Positions 47,566 to 57,575 of a stretch of DNA of 64,000 nt are shown here, piece after piece (positions within the stretch are counted from its first letter, which is position 1; every line of letters begins with the position of its first letter). The stretch is from Candidatus Kaiserbacteria bacterium (GTDB taxonomy: Bacteria > Patescibacteriota > Minisyncoccia > Phycocordibacterales > UBA2100), in contig JACRFK010000003.1 of assembly GCA_016217925.1 (NCBI GenBank), forward strand, positions 207,656 to 271,655, read 5' to 3'. A program made the translations under genes and the position numbers. Below the pieces are notes generated by a model that worked only from the letters and a program-made list of their open reading frames with translations, did no database searches and had not been told where the DNA came from.

Positions 47566-48212
47566 GAGGTTATCCGCTTCAAGACCGAAAACGCGCGGTC
47601 GATATCCGCATTGTCGAAAATAATACTGAGTTCCGTTCGCACCGACATTATTTCGACGAAGCTGATGCTCTCGGTCGCGAGCGCTTTCAATATCGGATAG
47701 TACATGCCCGGCACGGTGAGGCTCTCCTCGGGCATACGCATCGTTATCGCCGACAGATTTCCGATTTTCTTTGTGTGTTTTTCACTTGCGAGCGCCGCCG
47801 TTACTTCGGGCTCGAATTCCGAGCTTACGATGATGAGCGACTCGTGGAGCCCGCGCGAAAAATTGAGAAATGTGTCTTTGCGTTTCGATGCGCTTTTGGA
47901 CAGCGTCTCCAATACCCGCGGAAGCGCCTCGGAATTCGCACAGACAAATTCGACGAGGTTGGAACGTACTGTCAGGTCGTTCATCTTTTTCACAAGCTTC
48001 GCGCTGTACAGATTTTGCGCAGGCTTTTTGCGCATGCGATGCAGCGCCATTGCGATAGCGGCCTCGGATACTTTCTCGTAGAGGCGTTTCTCGACATCGG
48101 GACGTATCTTGCGCGCGATTTGCGCATTATTGGCGATACCCTCGGCCATCGCCTCGGCGAGGAATGGCGAGCGTTGGATTATCTCCTCGACGGCCTGGCT
48201 TATCGTTCTCAT
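47562..48212 (-). CDS. hypothetical protein with C-terminal ACT-like domain
   Basis: Start at internal MRTISQ; C-terminus LTVPGMYYPILKALATESISFVEIMSVRTELSIIFDNADIDRAF has ACT-like beta-alpha-beta pattern. Confidence 0.4.
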   Translation of the reverse strand: MRTISQAVEEIIQRSPFLAEAMAEGIANNAQIARKIRPDVEKRLYEKVSEAAIAMALHRMRKKPAQNLYSAKLVKKMNDLTVRSNLVEFVCANSEALPRVLETLSKSASKRKDTFLNFSRGLHESLIIVSSEFEPEVTAALASEKHTKKIGNLSAITMRMPEESLTVPGMYYPILKALATESISFVEIMSVRTELSIIFDNADIDRAFSVLKRITS

Positions 48213-48296
48213 CCCGCTCTTTCTAGACTGATAATCAAGGGTAGACGAGCATAGGGAGAGAAGACCCGCAGGGGACTGACAAGCCGGACGTGCGAT

Positions 48297-48315
48297 GAAA
48301 GGGCGGGACTCATTG
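48297..48315 (+). repeat. variant copy of GAAAGGGCGGGA(C/T)TCAT motif (M1)
   Basis: GAAAGGGCGGGACTCATTG; intergenic. Confidence 0.45.
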
Positions 48316-48448
48316 TCAGGAATATAACAAATTGTTACATATTTGCAATTATACCCACGAAATTTGTTTCCGCGGCTACGTGGCTTCATATTCACCGAGG
48401 GAAACGTTTCCGGACAAAACTGCACATTCACAAGTGAGGGCCAGTGCC

Positions 48449-48802
48449 ATGCTGCATGAGAAATGCTACTTCTTTGGCGTTTCGTTGCCTGTCCAGGCGC
48501 TCGATTACTCGAACGTAATCGTCACCGGTACCCTCGTCAGTCTTCGTACTGACGACATCGGCCCGGAAAACGCCGAAGCCATCGCAACGATACGGGAGGT
48601 GTTACCTGATAAGAAAGCCTTCCGGGTCGTCCGCATCGAGTTATCGGAAGTGAACTCATGGGCGATTATCCGCGGGAAAGGAGAAAACGGGTGCGTTGTC
48701 GGCGGCAGAGTCGTCGGCGAATTGCCCGGATATATCGACGTCCATGTCCCGCTGACGCTGCTCGTTCCTGCAATTCAACATACCGTCGCCGCCCCCGGTT
48801 AA
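48449..48802 (+). CDS. hypothetical protein
   Basis: 117 aa from internal MLHEKCYFFG; no recognisable motifs. Confidence 0.35.
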   Translation: MLHEKCYFFGVSLPVQALDYSNVIVTGTLVSLRTDDIGPENAEAIATIREVLPDKKAFRVVRIELSEVNSWAIIRGKGENGCVVGGRVVGELPGYIDVHVPLTLLVPAIQHTVAAPG

Positions 48803-48825
48803 AGGGGCGGCAAAACTACTTTCAT

Positions 48826-49248
48826 ATGAACCAAGATTTTTCAAAAAGATTTGCTATTGTCGTGCGACACGACCTTGAGCCGTGGCAAATTACCAACGTC
48901 ATCGCACACATTGCCGCAAAGCTTGGGCGCGTGGTGGAGCAATTCGACACGGGCGATTATTTCACCATGAAAGACGGATTTTCGATGCCGCGTAATTCTC
49001 AATATCCGATAATTGTTCTGCGAGTCGGCTTTAGCCGTGACCTCCAAGCGCTTCTTGCGGCCGTACAGGCCGCCCAACTACCCTATCTCGCATTTGTCCG
49101 CGAAATGCTCGATTTTAATGAGGATGAGAAATTACAAGAAGCCCTCAGCAAGAAAGATGCATCAGAGGTGGAGTATCTCGGAATCGGAATGTTCGGAGAA
49201 AATCAGGAGGTCAAACAACTGACCAAGGGCTTCGATCTCTGGAAATAG
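48826..49248 (+). CDS. DUF2000-family protein
   Basis: About 140 aa; FAIVVRHDL...WQITNVIAHIAAKLG...YLGIGMFGENQEVKQLTKGFDLW matches the DUF2000 length and end pattern (..YLGIA.YG....V.KLTG.L.L). Confidence 0.55.
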   Translation: MNQDFSKRFAIVVRHDLEPWQITNVIAHIAAKLGRVVEQFDTGDYFTMKDGFSMPRNSQYPIIVLRVGFSRDLQALLAAVQAAQLPYLAFVREMLDFNEDEKLQEALSKKDASEVEYLGIGMFGENQEVKQLTKGFDLWK

Positions 49249-49249
49249 A

Positions 49250-50221
49250 CTAGTGCCTGAAATGCCGGATGTCGGTCGTCACCATTGCGATGTTTGCCTT
49301 GTCTGCGGCATCGATTGAATCTTGGTCTTTGAGCGACCCGCCGGGCTGAATAATAGCGGTCGCGCCCACGCGCGCGGCTTCTTCCACACAATCGGGGAAC
49401 GGGAAGAATGCGTCCGAGGCCATGACCGCTCCTTTTAAACCATGAGATGACATCTCATTGGCTTTCATGGCTGCTATCTTTGCGCTCACGATGCGGCTCA
49501 TTTGGCCTGCGCCGATGCCGACCGTGGCACCATTTTTGGCATACACAATTGCGTTGGATTTCACGTGTTTGCAGACGGTAAAGGCAAACATCATGTCGGA
49601 AAGTTCTTCGGCAGTCGGCGCACGTTTGGTGACCGTTTTTACTTCCCCGTCGAAAACCATATTGTCAGCATCCTGCACAAGGAATCCTCCCGCGATAGAG
49701 CGCGCCGTAACCCTCTTCTCCGCGGCATCCGGCATCGTCCCCGTGAGAAGCACGCGGACATTGGGCTTGGCGGAAAGAATCGCGAGCGCGTCCTCTTCCG
49801 CGTCGGGTGCGATGACGACTTCGAGAAATATCTGAACCAATTCGGTCGCGAGCACTGCGGTCAGTTTGGAATTAAGAGCTACGATACCGCCGAAGGCTGA
49901 AACCTTGTCGCACGCGAGCGCACGTAGATATGCCTCTTGGACACTCTCACCCACCGCGACGCCGCAGGGATTCATGTGCTTGACGATGACGCAGGCCGGC
50001 TCGTCGAATTCCGCCACGCACTCGAACGCCGCGTCGGCATCCTGCAGATTGTTGTAGCTCAGTTCTTTGCCCTGCACCTTGCGCGCTGTGGCGACACCCG
50101 GGCGCTTGTCGTTTGGATTGAGGTAGAGAGCACCCCCCTGGTGAGCATTTTCGCCGTAGCGCAGCACCTCGGCCCGCTTGAGGTTGAGCCGCATCTCCTC
50201 GGGAAACTCTGTATCTGTCAT
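49250..50221 (-). CDS. purH: AICAR transformylase domain protein (PurH C-terminal domain only; no IMP-cyclohydrolase/MGS domain)
   Basis: 323 aa; aligns to E. coli PurH residues about 200-529 ([39 protein letters not shown]). Contains in-frame R2 palindrome encoding ANEMSSHG. Confidence 0.8.
   Translation of the reverse strand: MTDTEFPEEMRLNLKRAEVLRYGENAHQGGALYLNPNDKRPGVATARKVQGKELSYNNLQDADAAFECVAEFDEPACVIVKHMNPCGVAVGESVQEAYLRALACDKVSAFGGIVALNSKLTAVLATELVQIFLEVVIAPDAEEDALAILSAKPNVRVLLTGTMPDAAEKRVTARSIAGGFLVQDADNMVFDGEVKTVTKRAPTAEELSDMMFAFTVCKHVKSNAIVYAKNGATVGIGAGQMSRIVSAKIAAMKANEMSSHGLKGAVMASDAFFPFPDCVEEAARVGATAIIQPGGSLKDQDSIDAADKANIAMVTTDIRHFRH
49440..49461. repeat. R2 palindrome copy inside purH CDS (in frame)
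   Basis: CCATGAGATGACATCTCATTGG; rc-identical arms CCAATGAGATG/CATCTCATTGG around a central single base. Confidence 0.65.
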
Positions 50222-50230
50222 CTCAACAGT

Positions 50231-50728
50231 TTACTCAACAACGACAATTTTACCAAACGCTCCCACACTTCGATGATCGTGGAACGGCCATGTGCCAACT
50301 TTGTCGAATGTGAACGTGTAGCTCGTTCCTGCCGCACATTGGTCAAACGACGGTACTGCTCCAGCGGCACAGTGTGCATTTCTTGTCGTTCCATCGTAAT
50401 TCGTGTGTTCCGGATGCGGACCGGAAGCAACCCACATGGTGCTCGGTCCATTAAACGTCACTGTGCCGCCCTTTTTGATAGTCACTTCCGATGGGGAAAA
50501 ACTTGACCCATTGTAGGTAACTACCGCCGACGTCGGTGTGGTGTCCACCACCGCATCCCCTCCGACCAGTGTTCCCGTGTCGCCGGTCGGCGTTGTGTTC
50601 GTCTCTCCGCTTAGCTGGGTCGAATTATCCGCTGTGGGCACTGCCGCCGGCTGGCTTGTAAACCACCAGGCACCTGCCGCGATAATAAGTAGCGCGATTA
50701 TGACCGCTATCCATCCATTTTGAGACAT
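50231..50728 (-). CDS. membrane-anchored cupredoxin-fold-like protein
   Basis: N-terminal TM; GTVTFNGPSTMWVASGPHPEH...NAHCAAG...WPFHDHRSVGAFGKIVV suggests plastocyanin/azurin-like fold; no clear Met ligand. Confidence 0.4.
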   Translation of the reverse strand: MSQNGWIAVIIALLIIAAGAWWFTSQPAAVPTADNSTQLSGETNTTPTGDTGTLVGGDAVVDTTPTSAVVTYNGSSFSPSEVTIKKGGTVTFNGPSTMWVASGPHPEHTNYDGTTRNAHCAAGAVPSFDQCAAGTSYTFTFDKVGTWPFHDHRSVGAFGKIVVVE

Positions 50729-50798
50729 AACAAAATTGTACATGTAAACCTCTACTACTAAATTGACACTGAGTATAGCACCCTACCTCGTGAACGTT

Positions 50799-51437
50799 CT
50801 ATGAGGATTTTGTGGATTCCTTCGAGAGAAAATCCTTCCCGTGGCCTATATCCGTATTGACGGGAATGTTGCCTTCACAGAGCTCGCACTCACCGGCGTC
50901 CCAAGAGTCCAGATGGACGTTGAGCAATTGATCGAAGACGGGCGGATTGCCCACGCTCTCTTTCGTCACGTCGCCACGGTTGCAGATGGCTATTGCTCCG
51001 ACGACATCGGCCCCCGTCGCGCGCGCTGCGTCGACCACTTTTTTTATAGAACCACCGGTCGTCGTCAGATCTTCAACGACGAGCGTCTTCTTGCCTTTGA
51101 TGATCTGATCATATCCGCGCTTGATGATGAATCCTCCCTGCCCGTCTTTGTCCGCATACACGCCGTAGACCTCACGGCCCGTGAGTTCTGAGAGGTGATA
51201 GGCTGTCCACTGCGCGAGAATGGCCGCGCCGATGGCGGGGCCGATGACGGCCTCTACGCAGGCATCCTTGAATCGCTCAGCCATCGCCCGGCACACCTGC
51301 GACGTCTCGCGCGTGTACGCATACATCGCATCTTTGAGAATGTAGGAGCCCGCATGCCTGCCGGAGGTAAGCACGAAATGTCCCGCGCGGAACGCGCCGA
51401 CTTTTTGCAGGAGCTCAAGCACTTCGTCTTCGTTCAT
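50799..51437 (-). CDS. pyrE: orotate phosphoribosyltransferase
   Basis: GHFVLTSGRHAGSYI, PRPP loop LVVEDLTTTGGS. Confidence 0.85.
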   Translation of the reverse strand: MNEDEVLELLQKVGAFRAGHFVLTSGRHAGSYILKDAMYAYTRETSQVCRAMAERFKDACVEAVIGPAIGAAILAQWTAYHLSELTGREVYGVYADKDGQGGFIIKRGYDQIIKGKKTLVVEDLTTTGGSIKKVVDAARATGADVVGAIAICNRGDVTKESVGNPPVFDQLLNVHLDSWDAGECELCEGNIPVNTDIGHGKDFLSKESTKSS

Positions 51438-51443
51438 AAGCGA

Positions 51444-52280
51444 CTATTGTACAAGGGCGGCCTTAATCGCGCCATGTAGCGCTGTGGCTTTCTCCCGGGC
51501 CGCTTGTGCAAAATCCGCTCCGCTTGAAGCGAATATGACCGCGCGCGACGCAGCGATTATTATTCCCCTTCCGCGATCGTCCTTCCCCGCTTTCACTGTC
51601 TTCTCCAGGTCACCGTTTTGGGCTCCTATTCCGGGAATAAGGATGGGCATGTCGCCGACGGTTTTGCGCACTTCGGCCAGCTCCTCCAGGTATGTTGCGC
51701 CGACGACGAGTGCGCAGTTCCCGTTCTCGTTCCACTTTTCCGCGACGTGGCGCGCGACAATCGAATAGAGCGGTTCGCCACCTACCTGAAGGTCTTGAAA
51801 CTCCCCTGCGCCCTCGTTTGAAGTGCGGCACCAGACGACGACACCTTTGTCTTTGCGTTCAAGAAAAGGCGAGAGTGCCTCGCGGCCGGGGTACGGATTG
51901 ACGGTGATGGCATCTGCGTGCAAGTGGTCGAATGCTGCCGCAGCGTAGCCGTTGTTGGTATTGCCGATGTCCGCCCGTTTCGCGTCGAGGATGACGGGTA
52001 ACTCCGGCGCGACTTCATGTATATATTGGATGGTCTCGCGGAGCGCTTGCCAACCTTCGTCGCCATGAGCTTCGTAAAAAGCGCTGTTGAGCTTGAAGGC
52101 GCACACGAGGTCCTTCGTCGCATCTACAATGGCGCGGTTGAAGTATACGAGGCTTTCTCTTGTGCCGTCGATATGTGCAGACTCCGGTATTTTCTCAAAA
52201 TCACTATCGAGCCCTACACAGAGAAATTTGCCCTGCTCCCATTTGGCCTCCAAGAGCTGCCTGAAGTTCCTGCCGTTCAT
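51444..52280 (-). CDS. pyrF: orotidine 5'-phosphate decarboxylase (type 2)
   Basis: LCVGLDSD, ILDAKRADIGNT, VNPYPG; start at internal MNGRNF (the upstream ATG lies inside an R2 palindrome). Confidence 0.8.
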   Translation of the reverse strand: MNGRNFRQLLEAKWEQGKFLCVGLDSDFEKIPESAHIDGTRESLVYFNRAIVDATKDLVCAFKLNSAFYEAHGDEGWQALRETIQYIHEVAPELPVILDAKRADIGNTNNGYAAAAFDHLHADAITVNPYPGREALSPFLERKDKGVVVWCRTSNEGAGEFQDLQVGGEPLYSIVARHVAEKWNENGNCALVVGATYLEELAEVRKTVGDMPILIPGIGAQNGDLEKTVKAGKDDRGRGIIIAASRAVIFASSGADFAQAAREKATALHGAIKAALVQ

Positions 52281-52335
52281 TGGAGAACATACTACCATTC
52301 CGCACAAAAATATACAGCAAACCGCTATCGTGAGA

Positions 52336-52360
52336 CCCAATGAGATGACATCTCATTGGG
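52336..52360. repeat. R2 palindrome copy (intergenic)
   Basis: CCCAATGAGATGACATCTCATTGGG; supplies a spurious in-frame ATG to the pyrF ORF. Confidence 0.65.
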
Positions 52361-52377
52361 TCGTCCCCCCTCAAGAT

Positions 52378-52938
52378 TTAGCTAATCGACTTTCGACGCA
52401 AATGGAGGATGCCGACTAGAGTTGCAAACACCAGAACGACAGTCGGAAAGAAGCTTTGAGCCAAAGTCAACGAGCCGGCTGCAAAAATATTCGTAGCCGC
52501 AGCAAACGCTCCAACGAACCAGTTCCAGCCTTGTCCGCGTTCAGGATGTCGAAAGGCATCTATAACAGTCGGAATTCCTGCTACACAATACTTTCCAAGA
52601 GTAAGACTCAATAACGCAACTATCGGTCCGGCGATATACCACAACCCAAGACAGGCTAAGGTGATAAGAGTACAGATAGTCTCAAGCGTTCCCCAGCGCC
52701 ACACACCTTTGAAAAAGAGAGCAGTCGTGACCAGAACTGCCCCGACGGCGAATCCTACGGAGAGGAAGGGGGCCGGTGCTCCTCCCGCCAGAGATGCTGC
52801 AAGTACTGCAGTGTCGATAATGGACCATAGAAGCCACGTGGCGATATTGAGGTGCATCGTACCCCTCCATATTCCCCATATCCATACGAATTGGGACGCG
52901 AGAGCTACAAAACCGCCAACGAGTGCAAGGGTATACAT
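52378..52938 (-). CDS. polytopic membrane protein, unknown family (tandem paralog A)
   Basis: 186 aa, about 6 TM; N-terminal half alignable with 52956..53558 product. Confidence 0.45.
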   Translation of the reverse strand: MYTLALVGGFVALASQFVWIWGIWRGTMHLNIATWLLWSIIDTAVLAASLAGGAPAPFLSVGFAVGAVLVTTALFFKGVWRWGTLETICTLITLACLGLWYIAGPIVALLSLTLGKYCVAGIPTVIDAFRHPERGQGWNWFVGAFAAATNIFAAGSLTLAQSFFPTVVLVFATLVGILHLRRKSIS

Positions 52939-52955
52939 AGTTTGGTTGTTTCGAA

Positions 52956-53558
52956 CTAATTATATACGTTTGTCCGTCCGGCAAGTTGCCTGCGGCGAAT
53001 GAGGAGCGTTGCGACAAGCGTGGTGTCGAGCAGAGAGATGACGGCGGGATAGAGAACCGTTGTCAACGAAAGTGTTTGAAGCGCGATGATTGAGAATATC
53101 CAATGAGACGCGCTGAGGGTGTACATGGAGACAGTTTCTTCGTACGGCTTAGTATACGACTTGCGCAACGTCGGGGCGAAACCGAGCGCGTCCGCACTTA
53201 TGACCAAGAGGACGGCCAGAAGCGGCTGGTCGGCCAAAAGCCACATGCCGGTCGCGAGGAGTGCCGCGCCAAAACAAATCCAATCAACGCGGGTTATATC
53301 TTTTTCGCCCCGTGTATACGAGAGAACTGCGACGCCCAAACAACTCAACGACTCGACTCCCGCGACCCACGCACCCGCGCCCCCACCCTCGCTGAACTGA
53401 ATTAAAGACGTCAACCCCGTAAGAAGTGTCCAAACAATCCAGGTGAAAATGTGCGGTTTCGTTTTCCCCCTGAAAATATCTTTGAAATAGAAAACGAAGC
53501 TCAAGAGGCCGAGTGCGGAACCGGCCGCGGCAAAAACGACATGGTAGTCATACACCAC
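52956..53558 (-). CDS. polytopic membrane protein, unknown family (tandem paralog B)
   Basis: 200 aa, about 6 TM; IFRGKTKPHIFTWIVW...GGGAGAWVAG. Confidence 0.45.
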   Translation of the reverse strand: MVYDYHVVFAAAGSALGLLSFVFYFKDIFRGKTKPHIFTWIVWTLLTGLTSLIQFSEGGGAGAWVAGVESLSCLGVAVLSYTRGEKDITRVDWICFGAALLATGMWLLADQPLLAVLLVISADALGFAPTLRKSYTKPYEETVSMYTLSASHWIFSIIALQTLSLTTVLYPAVISLLDTTLVATLLIRRRQLAGRTNVYN

Positions 53559-53570
53559 CCGCGCATTATC

Positions 53571-56177
53571 TCATGCCCGCTTGCGAAACAGGGCTTTGCC
53601 GAGTTCGATTGCCGTCATGTTGAGCACGCCGATGAGCACGACGCAGAGGAGCCAGACGGGGGGCAGCGCCACGGTGCCGAGCACCCCCTGAAGGAGCGGC
53701 ACATAGATGGCAAGCAAGAGCAGCGCGATGCCGATAGAAACACCGCCTATGAGGTAAGAGTTGCTGAAGAAGTTGTACCTAAAGATACTTTTGTCGAGGT
53801 CGCGCAGTGAGAATGCGAGGAAGAGCGTGTAGCTCCCGAAGCTCGCGAAGATGAATGTCTGCACAAGCGCGGTCGGGAATCCGAGATGAAGCAGCAACCA
53901 GTAGAGCCCGAAGAGGAAGGCGCTTGTTGAAAAGCCTACGAAGAGGACGAGGAAGCGCATCAGCGGGTCGAAAAGCGAGCCGTCTGACCGGCCGAGGTGC
54001 GTACTCGGGCGACCCTCAAGCGTGCCGTCTCCTTTTTCGAAAGCGAAGGCCACCGCCGGGAAACTGTCAGAGAAAAAGTTGACGTAGAGGATTTGGAGCG
54101 CGTTGAGGGGAAGCGGCAACCCGACGACAAGCGCGCCGCCTATGAGCAGCAATTCGGCAAACACCGAGTAGAGCAGGTACACGAGCACCTTGCGGATATT
54201 TTTCAGTATCTGCCTTCCCTCCTCCACCGCGGCTACGATGGTCTCGAAATTGTCGTCGAGGAGCACGAGGTCGGCCACATCGCGGGCCACCTCGGTACCC
54301 GAGCCCATCGCGATACCGATGTCTGCCTGTCTGATGCTCGGGGCGTCGTTCACACCGTCGCCCGTCATCGCGACGACCTCGCCCATCTCCTGCAAAGTCT
54401 TCACTATCATCATCTTGTCGAGCGGCGATACGCGGGAAATGACCCGCAGCGTAGCGAGACGATGTTTAAGCTCTTGGGGACTCAACCCCCGCAGCTCCGC
54501 GGCATCCAAGACGCTGCCTTCCCCGACGGGTAGTCCCACTTCCCGCGCGATGGCCTCCGCCGTGCCGCGGTGGTCGCCCGTCATGATGACCGTCCTTACA
54601 CCTGCACGCTCGACGCGACGTATCGCATCCTCGACTCCCGGCCGGATGGGGTCGCGGAGTGTGAGCAATCCCTTAAAAGCGAGCCGTTCGGCTTTGACGT
54701 CTTTGGGAAACGCTCCCGCTTCCTTCGCGTCAACCGTCTTTGTCGCGACCGCCACGACGAATTCACCGCCCGCCGCGAGGGTATGGATGCGCTGCAGCGC
54801 GTGCCGCTTTTCCGAATCATTCATGAGCGAGCGTTCGACGAGAATATCAGCCGCGCCAAAAAATATCAGCTCATGCTTCCCTGCCCGCTCGATGAGCGAC
54901 GCGGAAAATTTGTTGACGGCATTGAACGGGAGCGAACGTACGATCTTGTACTGTTGCTTGACCTCCACGTCGGAGATGTCGCGGAGCGCCGCCGCACGGA
55001 TGAGGGATACTTCGAGTATCTTTCCGCTCATACGCCATTCGGCGACCGGGTCCTGCCTATTTTCGACAAGCACATTCGAGTTGAGAACAGCAAGCTCGAG
55101 CAATGTGTTTTTCTCGAGGCCTTCGGGTAGGAGCTTCCCGAGTTCCATCTTGGCCATCGTGAGCGTGCCTGTCTTGTCGGTGAGAATGAAGGTCGTGCTG
55201 CCGAGCGCCTCGGCGGCGACGAGCTTGCGGATGACGCCCTTACGCCCTGCCATACGCTGCACGCCAATCGCTAAGATGACCGTGAGCGCGATGGGCAAGC
55301 CTTCGGGTACCGCGGCAACCGCGACCGCGACGGAAGTGATGAACATATCGGCAAACGAGTGTCCCGAGTAAATACCGAGCACGAAGACGAATACGGTAAG
55401 CCCGCCGAGCAGGAGCCCCGCACGTGCGCTGAATTTCTTTATCGTCGCCTGCAGCGGTGTATCCTCGTTATCGGTCCTTCCGACGAGCGCGGCAATCTTG
55501 CCGAGCTCCGTTGCAGAATTGGTGCGGCAGACGAGCGCTGTGCCGAGCCCCTCGGTCACCAGTGTACCGGCGAAGACCATACACTCCTGGTCGCCGAGTA
55601 CCGCGTCCTTGCCCGACGGCTGCGCGGATTTTTCCGCAGGTAGTGATTCTCCCGTAAGAAGTGCCTCGTCTATTTGCAGGTCGTTCACGTATACGAGCCG
55701 CGCATCGGCGGGCACTCTGTCACCTTGCGAGAGTCGCAGCAAATCGCCCGGCACGAGGTGGGCGGCGTCCACCTCTCTCTCGACACCCCCGCGGATGACG
55801 CGCGCCCGCTCCCGCAGATATGATTTGAGCCCCGCGAGCGCGCGGCTCGCTTTGTGCTCCTGATAAAAACCGAGGCCGACGTTGACCGCAAGCGCGGCCA
55901 AAATGAAAAGGGAGTCGCGCAGGTGTCCGATGGAGAGCGTGATGACGCCTGCAATCGCGAGGACGAGGATGAGCGGGCTCTTGAATTGGTCTACGAAGAT
56001 GAAGTATGCGGCAGACCGCCCGTGCTGCTCGATGCTATTTGCACCATACATTTGCAGCCGTCGTCGCGCTTCGTCCTCCGTGATGCCGTCGCGCACGTCG
56101 CTTTCCAAAACGTCAACAACGTCGGCCTCCGGCATCGCCCAAAAGTCCTTTCCCACGATGCCGGGGTTCACTGACAT
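53571..56177 (-). CDS. cation-transporting P-type ATPase (type IIA/IIB-like, Ca2+/Mg2+ family)
   Basis: 868 aa; phosphorylation site DKTGTLT, TGES, MTGDHRGTAEAIA, hinge GDGVNDAPS; 10 TM. Confidence 0.9.
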   Translation of the reverse strand: MSVNPGIVGKDFWAMPEADVVDVLESDVRDGITEDEARRRLQMYGANSIEQHGRSAAYFIFVDQFKSPLILVLAIAGVITLSIGHLRDSLFILAALAVNVGLGFYQEHKASRALAGLKSYLRERARVIRGGVEREVDAAHLVPGDLLRLSQGDRVPADARLVYVNDLQIDEALLTGESLPAEKSAQPSGKDAVLGDQECMVFAGTLVTEGLGTALVCRTNSATELGKIAALVGRTDNEDTPLQATIKKFSARAGLLLGGLTVFVFVLGIYSGHSFADMFITSVAVAVAAVPEGLPIALTVILAIGVQRMAGRKGVIRKLVAAEALGSTTFILTDKTGTLTMAKMELGKLLPEGLEKNTLLELAVLNSNVLVENRQDPVAEWRMSGKILEVSLIRAAALRDISDVEVKQQYKIVRSLPFNAVNKFSASLIERAGKHELIFFGAADILVERSLMNDSEKRHALQRIHTLAAGGEFVVAVATKTVDAKEAGAFPKDVKAERLAFKGLLTLRDPIRPGVEDAIRRVERAGVRTVIMTGDHRGTAEAIAREVGLPVGEGSVLDAAELRGLSPQELKHRLATLRVISRVSPLDKMMIVKTLQEMGEVVAMTGDGVNDAPSIRQADIGIAMGSGTEVARDVADLVLLDDNFETIVAAVEEGRQILKNIRKVLVYLLYSVFAELLLIGGALVVGLPLPLNALQILYVNFFSDSFPAVAFAFEKGDGTLEGRPSTHLGRSDGSLFDPLMRFLVLFVGFSTSAFLFGLYWLLLHLGFPTALVQTFIFASFGSYTLFLAFSLRDLDKSIFRYNFFSNSYLIGGVSIGIALLLLAIYVPLLQGVLGTVALPPVWLLCVVLIGVLNMTAIELGKALFRKRA

Positions 56178-56216
56178 CAGGAAATTATAACGTATCCCGA
56201 CGCTCCTCCATGCGCG

Positions 56217-57224
56217 CTAATTGATTTCGATGTCGATATGCCGGATGCTCGGGTGGAGTTTCTTGATGCGCAATTCTATCTCGTCAATTTTCTTTCCCAT
56301 GAGGCGCGGAATGCGGTCGGCATAGTCCGCAAGAAAACGCTTGAACTCTCCGAAATCCCCCCGTACATCCTCGTACTGCTGTTCCATCGAGCGCCGTCTG
56401 TATACTTCCCGCAGGAGCGCGCCGCCGTTGAATTCCACCTCGCACTTGATGCGATACACGCCCCACCCGAGTGTCGTCGATTTAAAATCGACCACCTTCT
56501 CAATAGCCGGATCGGCTTCGAGTATCCCGACCACCTGTTCTTGCAGATCCTCGGGTATCGCGCGGCCGAGAAGATATATGCGATTTTTGAGGATAAGCGT
56601 AACCGCGGTGAAGGCGAGCAGAATGGAGATGAGAACGGAACCGAGGGCGTCCCAAACGGGATTTCCGGTCAAGTATGTGGCACCTATCGCGACTGCTGCA
56701 ATCGCGACACCCAAAACGGCGACCGCATCTTCGAGATACACCGCCAGGGTCATCGGGTCGGCAAGTTCCAGACGTTCCCGGAGCGCCGCTCCGGGATGAG
56801 CCGCGCGCAACGAGCGCGCGGCAACGCGAAACGTGTACAGCTCCACGAGGAACGCGAACAGCAACACCACAAAGACAATGACGCTAAACTCGACCTCCCC
56901 CGGATGAAGAAGCGAAGTCACTCCCTTGTAGCCGGTAATGCCCGCGCCGATAAAAAAGACGCCGACCGCCGAAAGCAGCGCCCAGAAGAAGCGTTCGCTG
57001 CCGTAGCCGTATTCAAATGTTTCGTCGGCTTTCTTGAGCGAGCGGCGAAGACCGATAAGAAGCAGGATTTGATTGAGCGTATCGGCGAAGCTGTGTACCG
57101 CTTCGGCAAACATCGAGGACGAGCCCGAAACAACGGCTGCACCAAATTTGCTTACGGTAACAACCGCGTTGCCCGCAATCGCCGCGACGACGGGCTGGAA
57201 TCCCGAAGTGTGTTGAAGTGCCAT
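56217..57224 (-). CDS. cation diffusion facilitator (CDF) family transporter
   Basis: About 336 aa from MALQHTSGF; HSFAD motif, 6 TM plus cytoplasmic domain. ORF upstream extension would overlap tRNA-Glu. Confidence 0.8.
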   Translation of the reverse strand: MALQHTSGFQPVVAAIAGNAVVTVSKFGAAVVSGSSSMFAEAVHSFADTLNQILLLIGLRRSLKKADETFEYGYGSERFFWALLSAVGVFFIGAGITGYKGVTSLLHPGEVEFSVIVFVVLLFAFLVELYTFRVAARSLRAAHPGAALRERLELADPMTLAVYLEDAVAVLGVAIAAVAIGATYLTGNPVWDALGSVLISILLAFTAVTLILKNRIYLLGRAIPEDLQEQVVGILEADPAIEKVVDFKSTTLGWGVYRIKCEVEFNGGALLREVYRRRSMEQQYEDVRGDFGEFKRFLADYADRIPRLMGKKIDEIELRIKKLHPSIRHIDIEIN

Positions 57225-57229
57225 ACTTG

Positions 57230-57301
57230 TGACCCTACCGGGAATCGAACCCGGGTTCCATGCTTGAAAAGCATGTGTCCTAACCGTTAGACGATAGGGC
57301 C
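57230..57301 (-). tRNA. tRNA-Glu (anticodon TTC)
   Basis: GGCCCTA..GTCT AACGGTTA GGAC..CATGC TTTTCAA GCATG..GGTTCGATTCC..TAGGGTC A. Confidence 0.75.
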
Positions 57302-57555
57302 GTGCGGTCAATACTATCAAAAAGATCCTTTCTTGCACGTGCAGTTTTCTTTAAGAAAAGTTCCCGCAAACGGGCTTCTTTTTTGTTCACGAACATTTGT
57401 ACGTATTCCAACTTCCAGGGGCGGTAACCTTTAGTCGAACGGACCTCTCCTGCATTGTGTTGGGATAGTCTTCTCGACGGATTGCTTGATATGCCGATGT
57501 AATGTCGTGGCAGCGCCGAGCTTTTCAGGATATAAAGGAAGTGGATATTTTCCAT
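57280..57555 (-). CDS. GIY-YIG nuclease family protein (UPF0213-like)
   Basis: MENIHFLYILKSSALPRHYIGISSNPSRRLSQHNAG...GYRPWKLEY; 3' end overlaps tRNA-Glu 5' end. The listed ORF start (57627) is TTG; ATG at 57555 is more likely. Confidence 0.65.
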   Translation of the reverse strand: MENIHFLYILKSSALPRHYIGISSNPSRRLSQHNAGEVRSTKGYRPWKLEYVQMFVNKKEARLRELFLKKTARARKDLFDSIDRTALSSNG

Positions 57556-57575
57556 AATATAAGGTATTTTAACCC

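Noticed and set aside
56217-57338. Full-length ORF for the CDF transporter starting at 57338
   Set aside because: The N-terminal 38 codons are tRNA-Glu read in frame (..AWNPGSIPGRVTS..). The start was reset to MALQHT downstream of the tRNA.
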